A stretch of DNA of 63,795 bases, counting the filler, from Folioceros fuciformis (taxonomy: Eukaryota), in assembly GCA_049999805.1 (NCBI GenBank). It is 5 parts of 4 records of this genome, joined end to end, with 100 filler letters (N's around TTAATTAATTAA, not from the genome) between each part and the next. Parts side by side here need not be neighbours in the genome. Positions count along the whole stretch, not along the records: positions 1 to 14,389 come from JBNGIO010006136.1; 4 more parts are not named here. One strand, given 5' to 3'. The notes beneath the pieces were generated by a model. That model ran no database searches. It saw nothing but the letters and a program-made list of their open reading frames with translations, and was not told the DNA's origin. Position 1 is the stretch's first letter; each line of letters starts with the position of its first letter. This document shows positions 1-10,301 of the stretch, piece by piece. The translations under genes and the position numbers were made by a program.

Positions 1-149
1 GGGGACTTGTCTCCTAACAGCTTGAAGAAGAGCCACTCCAGAAGCGTGTACCGCTCCAGACCCGCGTACAGTAAAGACTGCGGAGGCACGGACGCTCGAG
101 GATAGTTCAGCACTACCAGCTTCTGCACCACCTCCTCCATCACGTCCAT
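1..149 (-). CDS. AUG7: AUGMIN subunit 7 (5' part; runs off the window)
   Basis: Minus strand from ATG at 149 reads [50 protein letters not shown], matching the plant AUG7 N-terminus as I recall it ([35 protein letters not shown]). Not in the ORF track. Confidence 0.88.
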   Translation of the reverse strand, partial: MDVMEEVVQKLVVLNYPRASVPPQSLLYAGLERYTLLEWLFFKLLGDKS

Positions 150-196
150 GGCAACAAAGCCTAACCCTAACACTTAATCAGAGAACCCGAATTGCA

Positions 197-1680
197 ATGT
201 CGAAGGCACCGACAGCCGCCGCCCTTCCGCTCCCTCGGTTGCTCCTGGATCGGAGATGGCTGCTCCCACATCCGCGTACGGACGTGCACTGCGTGTCCGT
301 CGCCCGCGATGCGCAAGAATGCCGCCTAGATGAGAATGCGAGCTCCGTAGATGGCGGCCGCTTCTATCTTGTCAGAGACGACCTGCTGCATCCGACCATG
401 GGAGGAAACAAACTGCGTAAGCTGGATGCCCTGATGCCTTCGCTCATGGCGGCAGGGGTGACCGATCTGGTGAGTGCCGCGCCGATTTCCTGCTACATCC
501 CGCGCCTGAACACATCCATCATGGCATCGTCGCATGCGGCAGGTCACCTGCGGAGGTTGCCAAAGCGCCCATACTGCAGCAGTAGGTGAGTGAGAAAGTG
601 AGCGAGGTCGTGTCTTATGTTGGCCTTGCCCTGCCCACTTGGACTTGCCATTGCACTTCTACGTGGCATTTGTGATGGCATCGCTTCCCTTGCTGCTGCA
701 GCCGTGGCGGCTGCTCAATCTGCTATCCGCGCTCACCTGCTGCTGCGAGGGGAGGCCCCAGCTGTTCCCACTGGCTACAATCTCGTGTCTGCCATGTTCG
801 GCAACATCACTTACATTCCAAGGTCAGAGTATGCTGACCGAGAAGCAATGCTGTCGAAGCATGCGGCTCGCGTGGCAGGTGCTACCGGCTCACTCGTGTG
901 CTTGGACGCAGCTGGAAGCCTCATCACTCCCCGCGACTCATCGGTAGGAAGCCAGAGAGTAGCGGTGGTCAAGGAGGGGGCTTCGGGACCTCTCGCAGCG
1001 CTCGGTCCGTGAGAGACATCCTTACGCCTGCTCTGCCCTTCCGTCTTCGTACAGACAAACACTGATTTATCTGCCTTGTTCCATATACGTGAATTGCAGG
1101 ACTCATTCGCCTTGTGGAGTACCTGAGCCAGCACTCACCAGCACTCCCTGGCAGTGAGCCTCTGCATCTGGTGGTGGATTGTGGCACAGGGACAACAGCC
1201 ATCGGGCTTGCGCTAGGCGTTGCTCTCTTCGGGCTTCCATGGCACATCGTGGGAGTGATGCTGGCGGGTACACCAGAGAGTTACAATGAGCACAAGCATT
1301 CGCTGCTGTCCGATTTCAACGAAATGTATCCAGGACTGACGCACCTGCAGCTGCCTATCACCTGGATACCACGGAACCAGCCGCGCAGGTTGGTACAACT
1401 GCTGAAACCGCTTCTGGTTTGTTTTTTAATATCTTTCCGTTTCGAACGCGCTACTGTTGCATCCAGCAGGTTCGGCAATGTGCTTCCAGGAGAGATCAAA
1501 GCATGCCAGCAGGTAGCACGGCAAACTGGAGTGCTGCTGGATCCGATCTACACATTGGCTGCTTGGGATGCCGCCGTTTCCTTATGTCTAGAGGGACGTA
1601 GCAAGGTGGCGGCTTTGCACACGGGGGGCACCATGGGGCTCTTCGGATTGGCTCAGAGATATCCCTCCCAATTCATTTAG
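197..1680 (+). CDS. DCD2: D-cysteine desulfhydrase 2 / ACC-deaminase-like PLP enzyme, 5 exons (197-469, 543-585, 702-1004, 1100-1388, 1470-1680)
   Basis: PLP-lysine motif RDDLLHPTMGGNKLRKLD; VTCGGCQSAHTAAV exon; DCGTGTTAIG; LDPIYTLAAW; LHTGGTMGLFGLAQRY. All four introns are GT-AG and keep the frame. Confidence 0.9.
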
Positions 1681-1857
1681 ACTAGGTCTTTTCACACCGT
1701 CAATAATAAAGCAAATGCCCAGGTTGCGGAGAGTTCCGGCCTGCCACTCACCTCATTACCAGCAGGGGATGACAATGTAGGAGGCCACCCAAGGCCAGCC
1801 ATGGCCTCGGTAGGCCGCGCCTCGGTTGCTCCTTGCTGAACTTCCGCACAGGGCGGC

Positions 1858-4353
1858 ATGTCGTGCGCGCTGTCATCTACCATGTGCTGCGCGTCTGCGT
1901 GCAGCCCGGCGGAGGCATTGCAGCCTCAAAGAGGCGACCGTGACGCCAGGCTGCTGCACGACTTGGCCACCTCTGACTCGCCGTTGGATCTCAAGCTCCA
2001 TTTCAGCGCCGATGGCCGCATGGACATGCCTGCTCTGCACGCCGCCTTCTCTGCGTTCACATCGAATGCAGATTTGGCCACGGTTGTGCAGCTCATGAAG
2101 AAGCTGCACGATTCGGGCTTGCCTGCATCCAAATTCGCCGGGCCCTGTACCACCAGGATGCTGGCCACGCAGCTTCAGGAAATGTTGCAGCAGGAGCAGC
2201 AAAAGCTGGTAGAGCAGCAGCAGCAGATTGCTGCGTGTGTGGACATGCTCACAGCGCTGTCGACATACGGATTCCGCGCTAAGCGTCTGGTTCCTCCGCC
2301 TCTCTTCATCCCCAGCTGCGCCGCAACAGGTGATGCCGCTCTCATGTTGCGCTACGCAGCTCTCCTGCCTCACGATGTGCGGCTTTTCAATGCTGTTATT
2401 GAAGCGTTTGCAGAGAGGGGTGACCTGGAGGCTGCTCTCTCTGTGTTGGCCTTGCTGCCTGCAGCGGGCTATGTCCCGGATATGTACACCTACCGAACTT
2501 TGGTGGACGCCTGTGCTCAGTGTGGCCGACCCGGCGTTGCACGGGATCTCTACCATAGCATGCTAGAGGCAGGGATGATACCTAACGTCTTCGTGTGCAA
2601 CAGTGTGTTGAATGCTAATGCCAAGGATTTACACCTGGTGCGAAGAATTTACAAGCAGATGCAGGAGAGCGGGGTGCAACCTGATCCCCCCACCTACCAT
2701 ATAATGCTCAAGGCATTCGCCTATGCTTCTTCTCATGAGCTGGTGCCCGATCTGTACGACGAGGTGGCCGGTCGCGTCACGAATGGGAGCCTGCAAATTG
2801 ATGTCTTCACGTACTCCAGGTTCATTCAGGCTTTCGGAGATGCCAAGATGTGGGAGTCGGCCATGAGGGTGAAGGATGACATGGTGGCAGCTGGGGTCAC
2901 TCTGAACCAGGTAACGTGGAATTGTTTAATCGGTGCCTGTGCAACATCAGGGCTGGGTGGTCAAGCTCTGCGTCTCCTCCATGACATGATCACAGCTGGC
3001 TGTCAGCCCAACACCGATACCTACAACATGGTGCTTCATGCTTTTGCTGAAGGAGGTCAACAAGAAACTGCATTCCAGTTGTTCGAGGAGTGGAAAAGGG
3101 ATGGCCCCTTCTCGTCCATCCTGACTGAAGAGTTTGGCAGCGGACCATTGGTGCAGAGCCTATCCAAGTTGGAAACTGAGAGTTGCAAACCTAATCTTGT
3201 GACATACAACACCATGATGAAAGCTTGCAGGAAGGCGCCCAAGGATGCACAGGCGCTCATGGACGAGATGAGATCCCTTGGCTTCATGCCAGACCAGAAG
3301 AGTTGGACTACCCTCCTCGATTCCCACGGAGCTACGGGGGATTTGGAAGGTGCTACCAGGGTTTTTGGTGAGATGGAGCGACTTGGGATTCCCCAGGATG
3401 TTGTCAGCTTCACGTCCATGATCAAGGCTTGCGTGTTAGCCAAGAATCCAGATAGAGCCTTTTCCTTCTTTGCGATGATGAAGGCCGCTGGTATCCGGCC
3501 CAATGTGGTGACGTACAACACTCTGTTCAGAGCCCAGCGTAAGTACGGACAGCTGAGCGAAGTGCGGCGCGCACTGGCCCTATATGAGGAAATGCGAGAT
3601 GCGGGGTTTGCACCTAAGGACCGCATCTTGAAGTCGCTTTTGGAAGAATGGGCAGAAGGCGCCCTGGGGAATGCAGCTACCAACTGGAGGAGCTCGTCAT
3701 GTGTTGCCTCCTCGGAGGCAGCTGATTTGAACGAGTACACTGAGCTGCTATTGCAAAAGGTGGCTGCACACGCTAGTTCTGTCGATCAGGGCAACAGCAT
3801 GACTATCGATCTGCGTGGTCTCTCCAGGGCCGAAGCTAGGCTTGCAGTCTTAGCTGTGTTGAGAATAGTGAAGGAAAAGCACTCTGCGACGACGCCTGTT
3901 ACCATGGATCTGGAGATCATCACCGGAGCCGGTAAGCAGACCCGTTCTGTCATCCAGGAGGCCGTCTTAGGCGTGTTGCAGGACGAGCTTGGACTCGCGG
4001 TCGTGTTAGTAGACAGTAGGAAACGCACCGGCCAACAAAAGGAGCCGGCGGACGACACTGCTTCCTCCCGGACGCCTCTATTAAAAACTGCCGTGTATCC
4101 GGATGCCACCACCGCTGAACCAGGAGCCACCGCCAATGGGGAAGGAGCGGCCATGAGGTGGAGTAGGCAACAAGTCAAGGTGGTGGCCAGAAGACCTGTC
4201 AACTCAGGTAGATTAATGGTTCCCAAGGATTCTCTCAATGCGTGGTTGCAAAAGGGCAGATGGAAGTCCGAAACAAACAGAAAAGGACAGCAGGACTTTG
4301 ATTCCATTACAAACATTCGGCAACAGTCAGCAGTGGAAGAACTGGTGACGTAG
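1858..4353 (+). CDS. P-class pentatricopeptide repeat protein with C-terminal SMR domain (PPR-SMR, At5g02830-like), intronless
   Basis: 831-aa ORF with many 35-aa PPR motifs (PDMYTYRTLVDACA, PNLVTYNTMMKAC, PNVVTYNTLFRA) followed by the SMR signature IDLRGLSRAEARLAVLAVL...LEIITGAGK. Confidence 0.9.
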   Translation: MSCALSSTMCCASACSPAEALQPQRGDRDARLLHDLATSDSPLDLKLHFSADGRMDMPALHAAFSAFTSNADLATVVQLMKKLHDSGLPASKFAGPCTTRMLATQLQEMLQQEQQKLVEQQQQIAACVDMLTALSTYGFRAKRLVPPPLFIPSCAATGDAALMLRYAALLPHDVRLFNAVIEAFAERGDLEAALSVLALLPAAGYVPDMYTYRTLVDACAQCGRPGVARDLYHSMLEAGMIPNVFVCNSVLNANAKDLHLVRRIYKQMQESGVQPDPPTYHIMLKAFAYASSHELVPDLYDEVAGRVTNGSLQIDVFTYSRFIQAFGDAKMWESAMRVKDDMVAAGVTLNQVTWNCLIGACATSGLGGQALRLLHDMITAGCQPNTDTYNMVLHAFAEGGQQETAFQLFEEWKRDGPFSSILTEEFGSGPLVQSLSKLETESCKPNLVTYNTMMKACRKAPKDAQALMDEMRSLGFMPDQKSWTTLLDSHGATGDLEGATRVFGEMERLGIPQDVVSFTSMIKACVLAKNPDRAFSFFAMMKAAGIRPNVVTYNTLFRAQRKYGQLSEVRRALALYEEMRDAGFAPKDRILKSLLEEWAEGALGNAATNWRSSSCVASSEAADLNEYTELLLQKVAAHASSVDQGNSMTIDLRGLSRAEARLAVLAVLRIVKEKHSATTPVTMDLEIITGAGKQTRSVIQEAVLGVLQDELGLAVVLVDSRKRTGQQKEPADDTASSRTPLLKTAVYPDATTAEPGATANGEGAAMRWSRQQVKVVARRPVNSGRLMVPKDSLNAWLQKGRWKSETNRKGQQDFDSITNIRQQSAVEELVT

Positions 4354-5076
4354 TCGGATATGAGCATCCAAAGCTTCCTGGAAATAGCCCCAGAAAATGG
4401 ATTGGAAAGGTTGGTGGCTTCTGCACTGCGGTACTGCACTCGAAATCCTCTCACTGTCGTTGCGTGTGAGCTAGCTAATCGGGACTTACGGGGGGCGCTT
4501 CCGCAGAGATCTGTGAGCCATCTGCAGTAACTTCCGCGGTGCTTCTGTTTGGAAGAACACGATCAGTGAGCTGGTCAAAGGAAACAGGAAGCGAAGTTGA
4601 AGTGGAAGGCACGGATGCGCAGGACCACCAACAATCCTCCACCTCTGCCCATGTGGCTTGTCCTCCAGGTGCACAGCGGTGGTCACTCCACGCCCTTGGT
4701 AACTGGGCAAGGTGCATTCATGTACACACGGACAACTTGGCGTGCTACCTAAAGTCTCGCTCACTGTTTATTGGCCGAATTTCGGACACCTGTGACGACA
4801 CGAAACCCACCCATGTACATACACAGTCGGACTCGTGTGGGTCGAAAGCTAGGGTGGAAGAACCAACGACGACGGCTACAGTGTCATGGCCCAGAATATT
4901 CGCGGTCTCTCTCCACTTTCGTATCGGTCTGTCCTCCCTTGAAACTCGTGGGTTTGATGGCCCGCAGAAGTATTGTTTCCCTTCGTTGCTTCAACCCACG
5001 TCACCTGCACGTTGGGGCGGAGTTGAGATCACTTTAAGAAGCCTCCAATCCTCCCTGAACTCGGAGACTGCACAAG

Positions 5077-8000
5077 ATGGTGCTCATTTCTGAAATGCGA
5101 GTTGTCATGCCCATGACAGGTATTGCAGCACCCGCTTTGCCTGCCGCCTTGTTCTACTTGAATACCTGACTCTGAATCCTACGTGCTTTGTCCACAGTGG
5201 AGGAATTCAGGAGAGCACAGCGCTACGCTAATTGGAAGACGAATGAGTACAACACTCAAGAGGGGCAAGGAGGTCAGGTTGGTGAACGCGTCCAGCCAAT
5301 TGTCTGAATCACAATGCCTTGACGTCAAATGCAGCCAGGCACTCCACGGTTACGCAACATTTATACAGGCTACTGTGTTTAATGCAGCTGCTCTCAAGTG
5401 CACCTTACGTCCATGAAACGTGGGGTGAGGGGTTGTATACACACAGTCTTTACCGCTTGGATGATCGCCTACCGGATTGGGTATGAGGCTTAACGGCTAC
5501 CCTCGCAAACTCGTTTATAAATCCTCAATGTATTCAGCATTTGCTCTGCTTGGTGCCTTGCTTTCAGGTCACACGTCTCATCCCATTGAATGCCCTTGTC
5601 ATTGATGAGAAAACATGGATGGCTTACCCGTATTGTCGTTCATTGCTAACCATCCCCTTCTTTAACAAGGTTCGTGCACTTCAGCCTTTTGACTTCTGTA
5701 ATCGACGAGCAAGTTAAGGCAATGACGTTGGCTGGTTATGTGCAGATGCAAATCGAGATGCTCAGCATACACAAGGATGATGATGGTTCAACTGACAATG
5801 CTCTTGGGCTCAATGAAAATCAACTTCGTATTCGAAAAGTTGACTTTGTCGATATTCATGCAGACAAGGTGGTCATTTTCTCATTTGTGCGTGTGTTTAG
5901 CAGCAAACGAGGGGACAATGCCACGGGTTGTCAAATTCATGTGCCACAAACAGTTCAGCCCTCTGGACTTTCTGCTCCTTGCTTCACATCAGACGGCCCA
6001 TCCCTTGGCATTGCTGCAGGTGGCAAAGAGGGACTATCGTGCCGACCTTGATCCTGCCCTGACCAAGTCCAAGAAAACAGGGTAGGCTATGTCTCGTGTC
6101 CTTCTTGTCTTTTTTTCTATTTGTTCCATAGATGTTGCTGCTACTCGTGTGTGGCCTAAGCGTTTTCCTTCTCAGGCGCGGACCTCTTTCCAGTGGCTGG
6201 CAGACAACCCTGAGGCCCATTATGTGTGCGTACAAAGTGACCACCGTTCAGGCCAAGTAGGTAACATGGTATAACTCACCTCAGACCTGGGCTTGTCAGA
6301 CCACAAGCTGCCTCGTAAGATATTTTGCATCCAAAGGTGGTGACGGTCCTGCTGTGCTGTGAAGATCCTGGCGTGGTTGGACTTCAATAACTGTATTATC
6401 ACTGATTGGACATTTTCAAATATCCTTTCTGGTGACGTAGTTGTGTGTGTGCAGCTATTGGGGAGTGCAGAACCGTGCAGAGAAGCTTATGCTCAATGGT
6501 GTCAGGCAGGTAGTTTTGATCTTCAGCTCCTTCTACGTTATTTGCATGCCTACAAAGCTCTACACCTCAGGTACATCTATAACATCAAAAGCGTTCTCCT
6601 GGCAGATTGTGTTACTTACACACCGAAATGCCTTTTGCTACATGGATAGCTGGTATGACCTAACATATGAAGAGGTATTCACATTTGAAGGGGATACGAT
6701 GCTGCTGTTCGCAAACCCTTGCAGCATGACTTTCAGCTCACATGTTTTTTTTGCAGATTTGTGCAATAGAACTTCGAGGACGCGAAAGGCTGAAAGCTTT
6801 AGTGAAGCAACCGAGAGTTATTGATCCATCGACGGGGAAGGAGCTAGTTGTTCCTGACTCGTCAAAAGTTCTGAGTGATGATAGTGATGACAGTGACATC
6901 GAAGTGGAATTTTTCGAAGCTGAGGTGCGAACACAGAACCTTAAGGAAGTAGGGCCGAAGTCTGAACTTTCAATTAGTAACTGTCAAGCCCTGGATCTTG
7001 CATTCAGATGGATTGGGCGACACAGGAAGATGAAGATTTTGTGAAGGGCCTCATGGATGGTAAGCAAACAGATTGGTGCAAAGCTTGCAAGTTGTCCTTG
7101 ATAGTATATAACTGACACAGATATTGTACAGGTTTGGAAGTTGGAGATAGTTTGAAGGACGTCTCAAGTTCCCATGTACCCGAGAGGTATCATTTTTGCT
7201 GCTGTGATGTGCTTCATTAGTTTTCTCCAGACGTCACGAGGAGCTCAAATAAGACAAGCCTTACCTGTCCAGATGTGCAGTATGTGTATCCCGAGGAAAG
7301 AATGCTGCGGCTCCTGAGATGCTGTGCCAAACTTGTGGAGAGCACTTTTGCAGCACCTGCTTTTCTGATGTCAGAAACCCTTCCTAGTTTCACAACTCAG
7401 ATTGTTCATTCCAGTTCATTGACAGCGATTGATTGGCAGATTATTATTTCATTTTCCTAAATATGTCGACATAATTTTGCTGACCCCTCTGGGTTTCTCG
7501 TCTTGATCACAGATGCACATAACATCTCGCCTGAGGTCTCATGTGACAAAACTTCTTGCTCCACCGTCTCAGATAAGCCTAACAGTGGCTACCTCCGATT
7601 TGCATGGGGAATCAGCAAGCATCATGACAGACAATCTCGTGCATTCCATAGCTCTACCGGATAATCAAAACGAAAACTCTGATGCAATTGTTGAAACACG
7701 TGTCTACGCTCGACTGGATATTCAACAGGTATGAATTTGTAAAATCTATACTACTATCACTCTTTGGACTCTACCGGATAATCAAAACGATAACTCTGAT
7801 GCAATTGTTGAATCACGTGTCAACGCTCGACTGGATATTCAACAGGTATGAATTTGTATAGTCTATACTACTATCACTCTTTGGACTTATCATCCCAGCA
7901 TCTTGAGGTCCTTGTGCTAGCGTCATGTTGCACGATCATTCAGCTCCAATGAGATACTGTTGGCTGTGCTGCAGGCTGAGGCAGCTGCGAATCCTGAAAG

Positions 8001-9792
8001 TCCTCATAGTGAACATGGAAAACGACCTTTTCGGCAGAGGAATAGAAACAAAAGTGGACTCCGTGGTCTGAACACTTGGCCTGATAATGCAGAAACTCAT
8101 GAGGTTAGCTACTGTTTTTATCTTCAGTTCTTTCTCTTGAGACGTGCAAATCTTGTGGCTCTCTTGACTGGGAGTTGATGATGGGACAACAGGGTGGAGG
8201 AGCAGAGACCTTGTCAAGAAATTTAGATGCAGGTCAAGCATGCCAGCTGTCTGAGGACATGGTTCGCTGCATTTCCAGCTTGTACATGCGGTGCGCAGAG
8301 TCTCGATTGTCTTCTTGTGCTTCTCCTGTGAAACGGAAACTGTGGAGACGTTCTTTTGGCGAAGTATCACCTCCTCCAGACTCGCATGGTGATAGCAGAG
8401 GAGATGAAGGCAGCATCGATCCGTACGGAACAAAAAGTGAACATGCTCTTTGGAGTGTAGATGTCTATTTGGATGTTGTAGAGGTCACCTCTGCCCCTGT
8501 GGAAGACAAGCTCGATGATGCTGCTGCCCTATACAAGCAATACAGGTTTGCTTTCTACTGTATGAATTGACCTTTGTTCATTTGAGCTTGGGCTGATCAC
8601 GTTCAAACATTGGTTGCACCGTGTTCTGTGCATGGCCCCCCGTTGTGCCTCCTCATTTCTTGGGGAATTCTCAGGTTGAAGTCTTACCTATTACCGGACT
8701 GCAGGGGACTTGTTGCACAACTAGCGCATGTGAATCCCAAGGAGATGACACACGAGCAGCGCTTGGCCTTTTGGATCAACGTGTACAATTCTTTGATGAT
8801 GCATGTAAGGTTCTTCCTTGCTCAGTGACTTCTGTTTTAGTCAATTACGGGCGTGCATGTTTAGTCAATCACGGGCGTTGTGACTGCAAGGATGTAGTTT
8901 GCAAACTGAGTTGTCTGATGCATACAGAGTTATCTTGTCTATGGAATTCCACGTAGTCACTACAAGAGAATAAGCATGATGAGCAAGGTACGTACGATGC
9001 CTGTAAGTTCTCTCTCATGTGCTGCCAACGTTGTAATTGTGAATTGGTTATGGTCTTCTCTGACAGGCGGCCTACGACTTGGGGGGTTATCACTTCAGTG
9101 CATTAGCCATAGAACATGCTATACTGCGTGCAAACTCGTATCGCCCTGCCCTGGTATGTCCTGGACAGTCCAAGCAATGGCAACTGATAGATTCAGGCGC
9201 ATTTGCTTGTGGGAGCAATTGCATTGTCATAGTGGTCAAATCTGTTGTCAACGCACAGGCAACTCTACTACCAGTTCAGAGATACAAACGAAACGATGAG
9301 AGACTGCCATTTGCTCTTGATCGACCGGAGCCCTTGTTGAGCTTCGCTCTTTGTTGTGGCAGCCGTTCGTCACCTATGGTAAGCATTAGCATTTCCAACG
9401 TGATTTGTTCGATTTGGTGGATGAGTTTGCACAGGTGCCGAACTTGATATTGGTGAGTTCGATGTCAGGTACGAGCCTTCACACCCGCGACAATCGGAGA
9501 AGATTTGCGGGTGGCATGTCAAGAGTTCTTGGTTGCTGCAATCTCAGTCAACAGTAAGCTTCAGCGGATTTTTGTACCCAAGATTCTGCACTGGTACGCG
9601 AGGGACTTCTCGGACGATGCCAAGTCTTTGCTGGAATGGATCAGTCAACAGTTGCCCGAAGATAAACGGAATTTGGTGATTGAGTGCCTTCAGCAGAAAA
9701 CTGCGAAGAGAAAATCTCGACGCATGTCGGTGACCTCGTATGACTGGAGCTTCAGATATCTATTTGATCGTCGCTTGGGTCTGAAGCCCTAG
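5077..9792 (+). CDS. Multidomain protein: START-like PITP (IP_trans) + FFAT-like motif + B-box zinc finger + DUF547; 21 exons, ~822 aa
   Basis: Exons 5077-5119, 5198-5277, 5388-5480, 5568-5669, 5746-5868, 6020-6081, 6176-6256, 6455-6509, 6606-6674, 6757-6924, 7008-7059, 7132-7186, 7273-7369, 7513-7728, 7975-8103, 8193-8545, 8705-8804, 8928-8987, 9067-9153, 9259-9378, 9469-9792 sum to 2469 nt, all GT-AG and in frame. PITP motifs: GLYTHSLY, EKTWMAYPYCRS, KTGRGPL, MCAYK, YWGVQNRAE, HRNAFCYMDSWYDLT. DUF547 motifs: LSEDMVRCI, LAFWINVYNSLMMH, PEPLLSFALCCGSRSSP, PKILHWYARDF, YDWSFRYLF. Confidence 0.82.
7652..7885. repeat. Tandem duplication of 117 bp covering the 3' end of exon 14 and its splice donor
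   Basis: ctctaccggataatcaaaacg...caacaggtatgaatttgt...tcactctttgga occurs at 7652-7768 and again at 7769-7885 with a few substitutions. Confidence 0.9.
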
Positions 9793-10301
9793 AAGATAGC
9801 GAGTTGCGTGAGTATCTGATAGACAAGAGAAATTGTATTCAAGATTCACAGTTTCGTGTGAATGTATGTAAAGGCCTAGGAACACAATGCCTTGGGCCGA
9901 GCCACTTTTGCAGCTAGTTTACACCATGTGCTTAGCCTTTGCCCGCGTTTCTTGTTCCAGAAGCTGTTGGTGACGAGTGGCCGTTGCGCGCGCCAAATAT
10001 GAAGTTACGCAACGCTGAACGTGACATGGCCCTGGACCCCGGCGCCAATTGGCACCCGGGTCCGTCCTCCTTCGTCCTACCCAGTGCACCCTGCAAATGC
10101 TAGGCGAAAATCACGAATTGCTCAGCGACGCCAGTAGGGGCTGGCCGCCACGACAGCAATTGCATCCGACGCTGAGCTCCCAACACCTGCTGCAACGGCG
10201 GCAGCACCTGTGAGTGCCGCACGGTCCAAGTGAAGCACCAACGCTTGAGTACGGCACACCAAGAACAGGAACTGCGGCAGCTGCATTCTGCGACTAGGCA
10301 G

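Noticed and set aside
1389-1469. ORF track reads through introns (also 9154-9258 and around 19120-19207), suggesting inserted peptides
   Set aside because: These are short stop-free introns of length 3n with good GT-AG sites; splicing restores the conserved motifs.
1873-4454. Long antisense ORFs (222-227 aa) over the PPR-SMR gene, and similar ones over nagZ and FAM32A
   Set aside because: Shadow ORFs of GC-rich coding sequence with no recognisable motifs.
4539-5093. 184-aa ORF between the PPR-SMR gene and the PITP fusion gene
   Set aside because: Non-ATG start and no motifs; it overlaps probable UTR/promoter sequence.
7513-9792. Stand-alone DUF547 gene starting at ATG 7513
   Set aside because: The ATG directly follows a strong acceptor and supplies the His ligands of the upstream B-box, which favours the fusion model. 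It remains the alternative hypothesis.
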